Of a stretch of DNA of 64,000 nucleotides, positions 54,197-64,000 are shown one piece after another (within the stretch, counting starts at the first letter, position 1; every line of letters starts with the position of its first letter). The DNA is from Cycas panzhihuaensis (lineage: Eukaryota > Plantae > Cycadophyta). The stretch lies in assembly GCA_023213395.1 (NCBI GenBank), contig CM041465.1:217813741-217877740 (forward strand), in the 5' to 3' direction. The notes beneath the pieces are model-generated. The model was not told the DNA's origin. It made no database searches and worked only from the letters and a program-made list of their open reading frames with translations. The position numbers and the translations under genes are program-made.

Positions 54197-55977
54197 AGAT
54201 TATATCAATACATAGAGATCTAAGTTAGATTTTTAGCAAAATTGATGGATCAGAAAATAGATTCCAAATGAGAAAGATATAGCAAAAATGGTAACGTGAC
54301 CTCTTTATTTTTAATAAACTAAAGGCTGAAAAAAGAGGTGACTTTAGATCATTAAAAGTTGGTTAAATCATATCCAAAACTAGAAAGTAACTAGTATATA
54401 ATGTATCTCTCAAAAATATAGTCACAACAAAATAGATTTCATCAAAAACTGGTACTCTAGTGAGAAGTTATGACAAAAAAAGTCCAGGTACCCTTTATAG
54501 GAAAAATAAATGAAAAAAAATAAAAGGAAATTTTTATAAAGGTTAAGATGGGCCATTTAATTAAGTTTTTGAGGTCATATGGACATGATAGGACCTGGGG
54601 CTAAGGCCTTAAGGGGCTTATAGCCTTAACCAAAGGATTTGAAGATTTATAAAATTCAATTAAATTTCTTAGAAACTTTGTTAATAATATAACAAAGTAT
54701 TAAAAATCAAATTAAAATGGAAATAATGGTGAAACACCGCGACCTGCATAACAAAAATGGAGGAGTAACCAAAGGTGAATCAGATGCCAAAGATCGATCG
54801 AATCGAACGATCTACAAACACGAAGAGGGGGAGTGAACAATCCACCACACAGATCAAGCTTGAAACGAGAAAAAGAAGATGTTTGAAATGTTTATATTAT
54901 GAGGGAAAATAGGGACGACGAGCGTTGATATGAGCACGGGGGTCAAACATAGGCATGAAACTACATTTATTGGATCGAATCTCCACACGAGGTGAGATGC
55001 GAATAGGGGGCAGTTGACCTTCGAGCCAGAAGAGCATCAAAAAGATTTAAAATATATATGCATATTATGAAGAAAATGGAGAACGACGACCTGCGCACAG
55101 AATCAGAGGAGTAAACAGATCAAAAGACTCAATCGAATCAATTGATTATCACCCAAATGGAGATGCAAAGAGGGAGCTGCTAATCGTCCACACAAATCAA
55201 ACCTAAAAAAGATGAAAAAAAAAGATTGAATTGTATGTATTATATGAGAAAATGAGGAGAATGACCATGATGACGCACTAAACAGAGAGGACAGTGAGAA
55301 AACTGGAGACAAAATAACCTTTGTTAATCAGAGATTTGATCTAGAGGGACTCTATTGGGGGCGCTTGAGCAAGATAGACAGGATTCTATAAAAAAATCAA
55401 AAATATTTGAAGAAAAAAAAAGAAAAATAGTAAGAAACTTGAAAAAAAGAAGTTGAGTTGACTCAGAAGGCCAAATCTCACCATAGATGAGACAAATTGA
55501 TGCAAACTTTTAGGGGCAACTAGATGTCCAAGATAGCTAGTCACCAGTAAATTTTCAAGCCAAATGGAGCTTTGTAGAGTGAGAACGAAGTAAAGGAGAG
55601 AAACTAGCTCAAAACGAAGAACATAGGTTTAGAGAGAGATTTCTCTTAGAATAGGCAACTAAATCACAAGCAGTTTTCACCACAGGCTAGAGAATTCAAT
55701 TCTGAACGTAACGAGTAGTCATATAGGGTAGTTTCGTTCAAAGACAGAGAAGTTGGAATCGATCGAAAGTAATGGAACGATGCAGGTATAAACGTACGAA
55801 TGTATAAACAAAAAAAAATCAAATAATAAACGTTGATTTTCTAAAGTTAAACCTTAGTATGAAGCGTAATAATATTCACATACCAATATAAACAGAAATG
55901 AGCCATGAAGTCACATAATTGCATGCTTTGATACCATATGTAGCTTGCCAAGATCTCGCTCTCGCTCTGATACTAAA

Positions 55978-56300
55978 TGAAGGTTCTGGCAGAGAGCAGA
56001 GCAGAGCAGTAAACCAAAATAACTGAATCCATAGTGTAAAACATGTGAAACAACATTTGTATTAACCCATGATTGTTGAAAGTACATCAAAATTCCTTGA
56101 ATAGGTGGTGTTGATGAACACCAGGATATAGAACCCCATGAGATATATATTTTTGAGGGAGGAGGAAAACCTCCTCAACCTCCAATTCAAATTATTATAA
56201 AATAATGTACAACATTAAATATACACTTACCTAACTTACCATCGAGGCTTGTGCACTACATATTCCAATGTGGGGTCATGTGATGAGCATTAACCCAACA
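55978..56300 (-). repeat. Family B 5' LTR
   Basis: TGAAGG...CCAACA, 2 nt from the PBS. Confidence 0.9.
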
Positions 56301-57041
56301 TCAACTAAGGTGGATTTTGATTTTAATAATGAAGAATTGACAGAAGAAGGAATTGACCCGATGGAGTGTTAGCCACATAACGTGGCACATTGGAAATTTT
56401 CATTTATGGTAAAGGTTATTCAGCATTTGGTGATTGAGTTAGAGGTTAAAAATAAGAGACCCCCCCAGATATGCTGAGAATCCAGAAGGTAGAAGACTAG
56501 TTAGCTGCTTGTGAAGCAAAACTAGAATTTTTGATCAAGTTCATTATGCATTAAATAGGTGATACCTCTTGTGTGTAGTATCTAGTACCCGCCTTCGGCA
56601 CCTAGTTCGACGAATAGGTTCTACCAGGTTTGGAGAAGGTGATTCAGAAGTTGGGTGCCTAGATAATGCAAACACGAGAAGATGAAGAATACACGAATCA
56701 TTTCTAGTCAATGATTAAGTCCCTACGATAGGATTTGTTCTTTGTAGAAACGAAGAAATGTGAGCTAGAGGAGGAGATTGAACAATTATATTCTGGAGAA
56801 AAACCAACAATGGCTTAATTGCAGGCATTGTGCAATGTAGTGATTCTGTACAACCATTGTAAGAAACATGGAATAAATCCACCTTGTATGATGTACAGAC
56901 CTGATTCGCAGTAGATCCGAGCTTAAATGAAAGAGATCAAGAGGGATAGAGAGAATTGAATTGTCATGTTTTCTTTCTTTCTTTCATTTTAAATTTTGAG
57001 CTTATAAGTAGGAATACTTGTAAGTTTTATAAAGGGATAGA

Positions 57042-57400
57042 TGTGTACGATAATTAAGTTGCAACTTTTTTGTTTGTATTTATAACAGTTGCAACTAACA
57101 AAAAATCATAGTGAATATAAATACCACAATGTAAAAAATATAGATGGAGAGAGATTTTTTCTTGAAAGAGTTGTGGTACTCTGGTCGTCGTTGCACATAA
57201 TGAGGTTAACCACAGTTATGTGTCTACTATAAAGGTCCATCTATATGTGTACTGTTCTGGGTCAGCTCTAGTTGTGAGAGAACCAGAGTGACCCATCATA
57301 ATGCAATGATGATGGTTCTTGTACTCCCATGTATATGCCGTGTACTTGGTGAATGATTGTAATCAATTGATTTTTTGTGCTTGTTTCCTTATGGCACACA
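57042..57400 (+). repeat. 3' LTR (359 bp) of the plus-strand Gypsy
   Basis: Follows the PPT; direct repeat of 13785-14157. Confidence 0.92.
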
Positions 57401-57405
57401 GTTAA

Positions 57406-58030
57406 TCCTCACTTCAACCTTATAATCATGGTCGCCAAGTCATGGAGTGTGACGAGTATTGCCTTTTCCCTTATGGGACATAGTCATTTTCTTCAACCAT
57501 AACTTTATGTTTTATCCCTCATGGAGTTAGCCCTCACCTCCTACATCTCTCTAATGGACTTAGTTAAATTTTTTATTCCTCCTCTATATGATTATATGCT
57601 TTGCCTATAGAGTTAGTCCTCAATTTTTTGATTCCTTCTCTGCATAACTATGTGCTTTGCCTGTGGAGTTAGTTCTCACTTCAACCTTATAACCATGGTT
57701 GTCAAGTCATGGAGTGTGACGAGTATCACTCACTTCAACCTTATAACCATGGTTATCAAGTCATGGAGTGTGACGAGTATCACCTTTTTCCTTAGTTAAT
57801 TTTTTTATTCCTCCTCTATATGATTATACGCTTTGCCTATAGAGTTAGTCCTCAATTTTTTGATTCCTTCTCTGCATAACTATGTGCTTTGCCTGTGGAG
57901 TTAGTTCTCACTTCAACCTTATAACCATGGTTGTCAAGTCATGGAGTGTGACGAGTATCACTCACTTCAACCTTATAACCATGGTTATCAAGTCATGGAG
58001 TGTGACGAGTATCACCTTTTTCCTTATGGG
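57406..58030. repeat. Complex tandem repeats (~54-bp units, with a 232-bp near-perfect duplication) within the CRM-like LTR
   Basis: TCACTTCAACCTTATAACCATGG..GTGTGACGAGTAT occurs 5x; 57559-57790 is nearly identical to 57791-58022. Confidence 0.92.
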
Positions 58031-58565
58031 ACATACTCGCTAACTACAAAGTCATTCTTCATATAGTATATTTTTTGCATAGAGTGAGTTCATACTCCTA
58101 TTGTGGACTTGCCCATTTTTTTCGATTCACGAACTTCATCTCATCAATTATCTTCCATGTGTTAAATTATGATTTAACATCACCTTCATACTCACGTAAA
58201 CTAAAACCTTATGTGTTTGGTCCAAAGCCTATACACTGTATATTTTTATATACACACCAAAATGTCCACCTATCTGCTATATGTTGGACTAAACACAAAC
58301 TTGCCTCTATAAAACTGTTAACACACAAGCTTTGAATGCTCATAACTCCTTTGTTTGATGCATGGATTTGTTAAATCTAGGCTTGTTGAATAGTTCTCTA
58401 TAAACTTTATCTAGTTAGGTACTCCTCTAAATTTATTATAATGCTTAGTAATATCAAAATCTATTGTAAAACCATGGGCTAATAATCTTCAAACCAAAAC
58501 TATTAAACTTCATGCTCTAACTCAATAATACATAAAATAAAAGAGTGATGCTCCTACATCTTATC

Positions 58566-58599
58566 TACACACACGCACACACACACACACACACACACA
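58566..58599. repeat. (CA)n microsatellite at the right edge of the TE block
   Basis: Directly visible. Confidence 0.9.
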
Positions 58600-60788
58600 T
58601 GGGTTCCTTGTGGTGATTATGAGCGTTATGAACATATTACATAAAAGATATTTCATTTGACTATAAATAAGGAGTACATGAATAAGTTGTAACATCATAC
58701 AAATGTGTCTTCTTAGTTGGCATTGATTCACTTATTTAATAAATTAATATAGCTTATTTGTGCCTCATTATTTCAATCTTATTATATATAATATTATTTC
58801 CTTGCTTTTAACATGTTTACCTCGAGATATCAAATTTAACTCACTTTAATATCCATCAAAGATTAGGTTCTACTTGACATTAAGTATGTGTATTTTGCTC
58901 GACAAGAAGGATTAGGTTGTTGAAGTTAGGTATGCAATTCATTCTCTTCATCTAATCTCCTTCAATATTTATTAGGTTTTCAAAGTTACCACTTCCAAAC
59001 CTAAATGGAAGTGAGATCTAAAATATATAGGCACACTAAAGCATAAATCAAGACTAAAATAGATGTATAAAATCACATTAAATCCTCTAATATGCCAAAC
59101 CCATCTCTACATAAGAAACCAAAGACCTTTAATGGAAGAATGTTCCAACATAAAAACCCATAAAGAATATTTGAAGTTGATAAAGAGAAGATAATTAATT
59201 TAGGACATTCTTGGGTTTTAATGGACTAATCATCTTACACTTTGTTGGTTGTTTTTGGCTCCTACATTAGTCAATACAACTTGAGATATTGCACTACTAA
59301 TTTCCCCAATTTATAATGCAAGTGGTGTAGAGTAATTATTTTGATTAGGTTAACAAAAGTTCAAATCTCAAGAAGAAATATTGTATACCTCTAATTCCCA
59401 CACCTAACACCCAAAAGAAGTTATATTAGGTGTAATAAAAGTATTATGCTCTAACCCTCCAATTGTTATATCCCATGCTAGAATTTTATATTGTGTAAAG
59501 GTTAAAAAATTTTGCTCCGTCTCCCTCACTCTATACCTCAAAATTTTACACTAGTCATAGCTAAAAATTGAAAATATTTAATACACCTCTATTTAACATA
59601 TATTATAGTTCAAATTTGCACCACGGTAAAACTAAAGAGTAACTTCACTTCTTAGTGGTGTTGACATATCATATCTACACTTCATGTAAAACAACCTTCT
59701 ATTATTAATGGAATAATTTGATAATTTATCATAGAAAGTAGCTCAAGTTTAGGCAACTTATCTTTAAAGACATATTGATAAAAATTCAACGCATTTATGC
59801 AATGCACATATTCAATTCACATATATAATAATTTATGACTTTTATTTCATATCATAGAATTTCGTGTGGAAGTACAATACTTTCCGTTAGAAGTCTTTTG
59901 GGCCCATGACATGGAGGGTCCGTTGGGAAGGCGGTAGCAACTCACATGTTCAAAAATAGATAAAAGAATACTAAAACAGGCACGCATTTTTGGCGGCAAA
60001 GTTTAATCCCTAACTATGGTCATAGTTGTGGTACTGGGCCAAGATGGTGGTAAAGAAATGTGCCACTTGCCCACTTTGACCTTAAAATACAAAATCTACC
60101 TCATGGCAGGAATGTTGGGGTATGCGAGTGGCATTTGGTGCCGGTAAAAAGGTCATTCCCCTGTAATTCGTAAATATGGAACCATGGACAAATTTGGAAC
60201 ATGTGGGCTGGAGACTCGGGACCGAGACTTTAGGCTCGAGACGCACCGAGCCTGGGCCCGAGGCTGAGGCTCGGGAGAGAGGTAGCCGAAGTCGCTGAAC
60301 TCTGCGTAAATTTCTTTCGAAAGTCGAGAGAACCCTCTGAATATGATTCCGTCTGTTTTTTTTTCTTTCAAACCGTACAGTCATTTTGCGCCGATTTTAG
60401 GGCCAGTTTGGCGGCATTTTGGTACAACTGTAACCCAAAAGGTTGGTTTTTTTTGGTGATGAGGTGGAATAATTTGATTTCGGATGCTTAGACACAGGGC
60501 CATTCCAATCGATTCTTCATCGCCCGTATGGTTTGGTTGGTAAGCAACATGCGTCTGATTTTCTCCGAATTTGCCAGCTTGATTCCCCAAAGTTTCTGAC
60601 TTTTCGTTTTTTTCCAATTGGCGGGTTGTCCTTTTCCAAAGTTTACATCTTATGAAAGACTTCTACACGGATATATTGACTTTTGGGCATATGAATTTTC
60701 AGCACGCCTGAAGGCCGAGTAGGAAGGCTAATTGTTGGGAATATTGTTAGTTGATATAATCTCTAGCACCATCGCCAGAGCTAGCAAT

Positions 60789-60833
60789 ATGGAATGCTGC
60801 ATATTCGGCCGCAGGACCAACTGCTTCCACAAG
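60789..60833 (+). CDS. PP2C: PP2C exon 1 ([15 protein letters not shown])
   Basis: ATG to AAG|GTTAGT, phase 0, fits the acceptor at 61717 and resembles the short Cys-rich N-terminus of clade-F PP2Cs. The ATG at 61718 is an alternative start. Confidence 0.7.
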
Positions 60834-63491
60834 GTTAGTCTGTCGGCGGAGAACTGTGTCCTGCAATTGTTTGGTCGTTTTTTTTTTTTTTTTGGTTTTT
60901 TGTAACTTGTTGGATTAATTGTCAATTATTTTATTAACCCGGGTGGAGAGCTCTATGCAGTGGGGTTAATTATCATCAGGTATTTAAATTTAGGTTTGGA
61001 GAGCTTCACTGCTGAATTAATCGTACTTTCTTTCTTGTTTAAGGCCACGGGGCTTTGAATTTCATTGGAGGTGCTTATCCTCTCCAAAAGAAAAATAAGA
61101 ATATCCGTGGGCTTAGTATATCCTCTCTAAGGTTTGTACTCTTGCCAATCTGGTGAGAGGCTCCATCACTTTGGCTACACCTTGGGGGCAATCATCAATT
61201 ATTGAAGGCTCCGTATGCCCTCCGTGAGATTTGAACCCTTTCCAACCTGGTGAAAGCGATAAGCCTTCATGAATTGGCCTACGTCCTGGGGACAACGATC
61301 GATTATGCATGGCTAAGAAAAGAAAAAATAAACACACCATTAGAATAGTAGCCCACAGGCTTAGTCTGTTTTCCATAAAATGAGAATTCTTCGAAACCTG
61401 GGGAAAGCGATCGATCCCCACCTCTTGGACTAAACCTTTGGGATGATTGTCAAATATCAGTAGCCCGATGGTTTGATGTGGTAACAGCGGCAATCGATTA
61501 TCTAATTCCAGGTTTATAGATTGATAGATTGGGACTTCTATGAGTTATTTAATTCTAGGTTTATAGGATGCTGCAGCAGGATTTATCGTTAATTGTTGAG
61601 CACTATGCAGCAGGAGACTGATAGTTTCGCTTTTATTCTAGTTTAGTTTTCTTTTGTCATTTTCATTCTCCTATGGTTTCAAAAGTGGTTTTTTTGTTTT
61701 TTTCGCTCTTTTGGTAGATGGTGGCAGGCGTGCAGTCTCCATTCAGCACTGGGAAGGGGAAAAGCCAACAAAGCCCAAACAAAATTGTTCATGGATTCAG
61801 CCTAGTGAAAGGCAAGTCAAGTCATCCTATGGAGGATTATCACGTAGCCGAATTCAAGAGAGTCAAAGGGTATGAATTGGGATTGTATGCTATCTTTGAT
61901 GGTCATCTAGGTGACAATGTGGCCTCATACCTACAGAAGAACTTGTTTGAAAATATTCTAAGCGAGGTAAGTGATTGTTTTTTGTAATTGAAGGTTTGTC
62001 CCATGGGGAATTCCTTGTGCTCATGTGTCTTGATATGGCGCTTGCTGGGTAATTGCATTGTGGCCTCGGCCTCTTTTGTACTCAACTGTTGGCCCATGGG
62101 ACTAGAATTCATTCAATTCTATTGAATATAGATTGTGGATTTAATACACTGGAACGGTAATCAGAATAGTTTATATAATTTACAAGGTTTGTTCCAGTGA
62201 CTTCTCATTAGATCAATATTTTCTTTTTCATCATTTTAACAATTCCAGGAAGAATTTTGGGTTGAACCATGTAGAGCTATAATGAAAGCCTATGAGAAGA
62301 CAGACAGGGCCATTCTTGGAGATGCTCCACGGTTGGGTCCAGGTGGTTCAACTGCTGTCACGGCAATCTTGATAGATGGCAGAAAACTCTTGGTTGCAAA
62401 TATTGGGGACTCCAGAGCAGTTTTGAGTCAGAATGGGAGAGCTGTTCAACTCTCTGTTGATCATGAGCCAAGCACTAGCATTGAGCGCGGAAGCATTGAG
62501 AATAGAGGTGGTTTTGTCTCAAACATGCCAGGTAGTTTTGATTTAACTAGCAGACTTTTGCTTCAGGATTGATATGCAGGTTTTGTACGTTTTGATGTAT
62601 AATTAAATTCTGTTCTAGTGAAATGCCTTTGGTGTAGCAATTGATGTGTGGCAATAGCCAGCCACTGTTCACAATTCTTAATATTGTGGAGTTAATTCAC
62701 TTGCACGTACAACATAGGTTTTAACGCCATGTAGGTGGATGGGCAGCAGCAAGCCTGGGCCTCTTTTAACTTGGAGAGCTCGAGCGTACTGTGGTTCTTT
62801 CTCTGCGCCGCACACGAACACCCCCCCCCCCCTTCTTTCTTCTTTTTCTGTTTAGGGATTCATTGATGAAACAGAAACTCTCAATCATTATACTGACTAT
62901 AGGAGAAAGAAAAGTGCTTGATCTCTGAGATTCTATTTTATGTTTTATATTTGGATAAGGGGTCTAAGCATGCATTTCTATAGGCATTATTAAAGTATGA
63001 GCCATGTTATTTTTGTGCTTGAATTCCATTCTAACGAGATGTTATCTTTTCAGGAGATGTGCCTAGAGTGGATGGGCAGCTAGCAGTTTCCCGAGCTTTT
63101 GGAGACAAGAATCTGAAATTGCATCTACGGTCAGATCCTGATGTGAAGGAAGTGGATATTGATCCAGGAACTGAGTTTCTAGTTCTTGCCAGTGATGGTT
63201 TATGGAAGGTTGTTCTTCTTCATTGTAATACATAACCACCATTAGTTAGAGTGCTTTATTGAACATTTTTGCTTGTCAGTTTAGTTCTCTAGTAGTTGAT
63301 AAAGTTGTGTATCATGTATCTGGTGACTGATTTTTAGTTTATATGGTATCTAGGTAATGGAAAATCAGGAGGTTGTTGATTTTGTTAGGAAAATCAAGGA
63401 TCCACAGGTAGCAGCAAAGCAATTGACAGCTGAAGCGCTGAATCGGGAAAGCAAAGATGATATATCCTGCATTGTAGTTTGTTTCAGATGA
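60789..63491 (+). CDS. PP2C: Protein phosphatase 2C, clade-F/PAPP2C-like; join(60789-60833,61718-61966,62249-62531,63054-63208,63354-63491), 289 aa
   Basis: 870 nt spliced with GT-AG junctions in consistent phase. Motifs [72 protein letters not shown]; no stops or frameshifts. Confidence 0.95.
61718..61966 (+). CDS. PP2C: PP2C exon 2
   Basis: Pyrimidine tract + TAG acceptor; GAG|GTAAGT donor. Confidence 0.95.
62249..62531 (+). CDS. PP2C: PP2C exon 3
   Basis: CAG|GAA..; CCA G|GTAGTT. Confidence 0.95.
63054..63208 (+). CDS. PP2C: PP2C exon 4
   Basis: TTTTCAG|GA GAT GTG..TGG AAG|GT. Confidence 0.95.
63354..63491 (+). CDS. PP2C: PP2C exon 5
   Basis: TAG|GTA ATG GAA..TTC AGA TGA. Confidence 0.93.
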   Translation, partial: VMENQEVVDFVRKIKDPQVAAKQLTAEALNRESKDDISCIVVCFR

Positions 63492-64000
63492 CTGCTTTTT
63501 TATGTTGCAAAACGGCAGGAACATTCATTCTTGCTTCAGATCTGGGCAGTGAATTTGATCACTTCATTAGATTTCCAATATCTAGTTGTCATATGGGTTC
63601 TGGCAGGCTTGGATGCTGGCCTTTACTTTATTACACTATTGACAACCTGGCAATGATTACAATTTTGTGAATTGTGATGAATGACGAGCTCGTTCTCCTT
63701 GGGATTCAGCACTTTCTATATACTTGATGCTCTGTACAGATGTGGTATCAGGTGTTGGAACATTATATCCAGAGAGTGTTCTCTAATCTGGGTGCTAAAC
63801 TTCCTGAAAGTAGTGCAGGCTTATTTGCCAATCCGTACAGGAGGCAAAGACCCCACCAAGGATGCCATGACATGTGTTGCTTGGTTGTTATGATCGTTCT
63901 GATGTTGTTATGCTTCATCCAACATCGATCTCTGACCTTCATGATGGGGGTCAATATGTCAACTTTTTAGTCATCATCTGCCTTAGGTGAAAATTTATAT

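Larger units (their letters stand above)
48790..56300 (-). mobile_element. Non-autonomous gag-only (TR-GAG-like) LTR element, family B
   Basis: 323-bp LTRs at 48790-49112 and 55978-56300; PBS-rc GCTCTGATACTA at 55964-55975; PPT-rc TTCTCCCCCTT at 49113-49123; TSD TTAGC/TCAAC; no pol. Confidence 0.92.
13785..57400 (+). mobile_element. Non-chromovirus Gypsy element (Phygy/Selgy/Athila-side; lineage uncertain), 43.6 kb span including nested insertions
   Basis: LTRs 13785-14157 and 57042-57400 (TGTGT...CACACA, 14-bp indel). TSD GTTAG/GTTAA; removal restores the GGAGTTAG-T(C/T)CTCACTTCAACC repeat also seen near 57665. PPT AAAGGGATAGA at 57031-57041; domain order gag-PR-RT-RH-INT, no chromodomain. 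Confidence 0.93.
5167..58561 (-). mobile_element. Old, internally deleted CRM-like (chromovirus-type) Gypsy element; outermost host of the nested pile
   Basis: Left LTR begins TAATGCAAT at 5167 (repeated at 7161 and 9143) and ends TGTATCA at 10158 next to PPT-rc TTCTCTCT. PBS-rc GCTTTGATACCA at 13041-13052. Right LTR 13055-13784 continues at 57406-58561 (58201-58560 aligns with 9811-10158). Flanks TATAT/TATCT. Confidence 0.8.

Noticed and set aside
60082-61493. Minus-strand ORFs 60082-60384, 60153-60371, 60381-60617, 61113-61493
   Set aside because: No recognisable domain; expected by chance in the GC-richer promoter and intron 1 of PP2C.
63479-63970. Short ORFs downstream of PP2C
   Set aside because: Lie in the presumptive 3' UTR or downstream region; no homology evident.

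Overview
Plant nuclear DNA, AT-rich and CpG-depleted; the element types suggest a large-genome non-flowering plant such as a gymnosperm (inference). About 58.5 kb is a pile of decayed LTR retrotransposons that can be unpacked by LTR pairs, PBS/PPT, target-site duplications and re-joined reading frames. An old CRM-like Gypsy (5167-58561, minus) hosts a non-chromovirus Gypsy (13785-57400, plus). That element hosts (a) a Tat-type Gypsy (18729-44350, minus), itself containing a Copia (32256-39872), and (b) a gag-only element (48790-56300), itself containing a second gag-only element (51236-54196). Another copy of that second gag-only family lies at 296-4106, and its 3' end is part of a 3x ~2-kb tandem triplication. 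The only intact host gene is a 5-exon clade-F-like PP2C phosphatase (60789-63491, plus, 289 aa). Best leads: (1) a ~66-unit 19-bp array with a palindromic GTTGCAAC core that recurs twice in each LTR of its element, next to an accessory ORF; (2) a head-to-head accessory cassette in the Tat element (stand-alone archaeal-type RNase H plus an antisense plant-mobile-domain gene with an intron); (3) a PBS folded into a perfect hairpin; (4) double tRNA-iMet PBS sites 39 bp apart in two different gag-only elements. All alignments and identities were done by eye.
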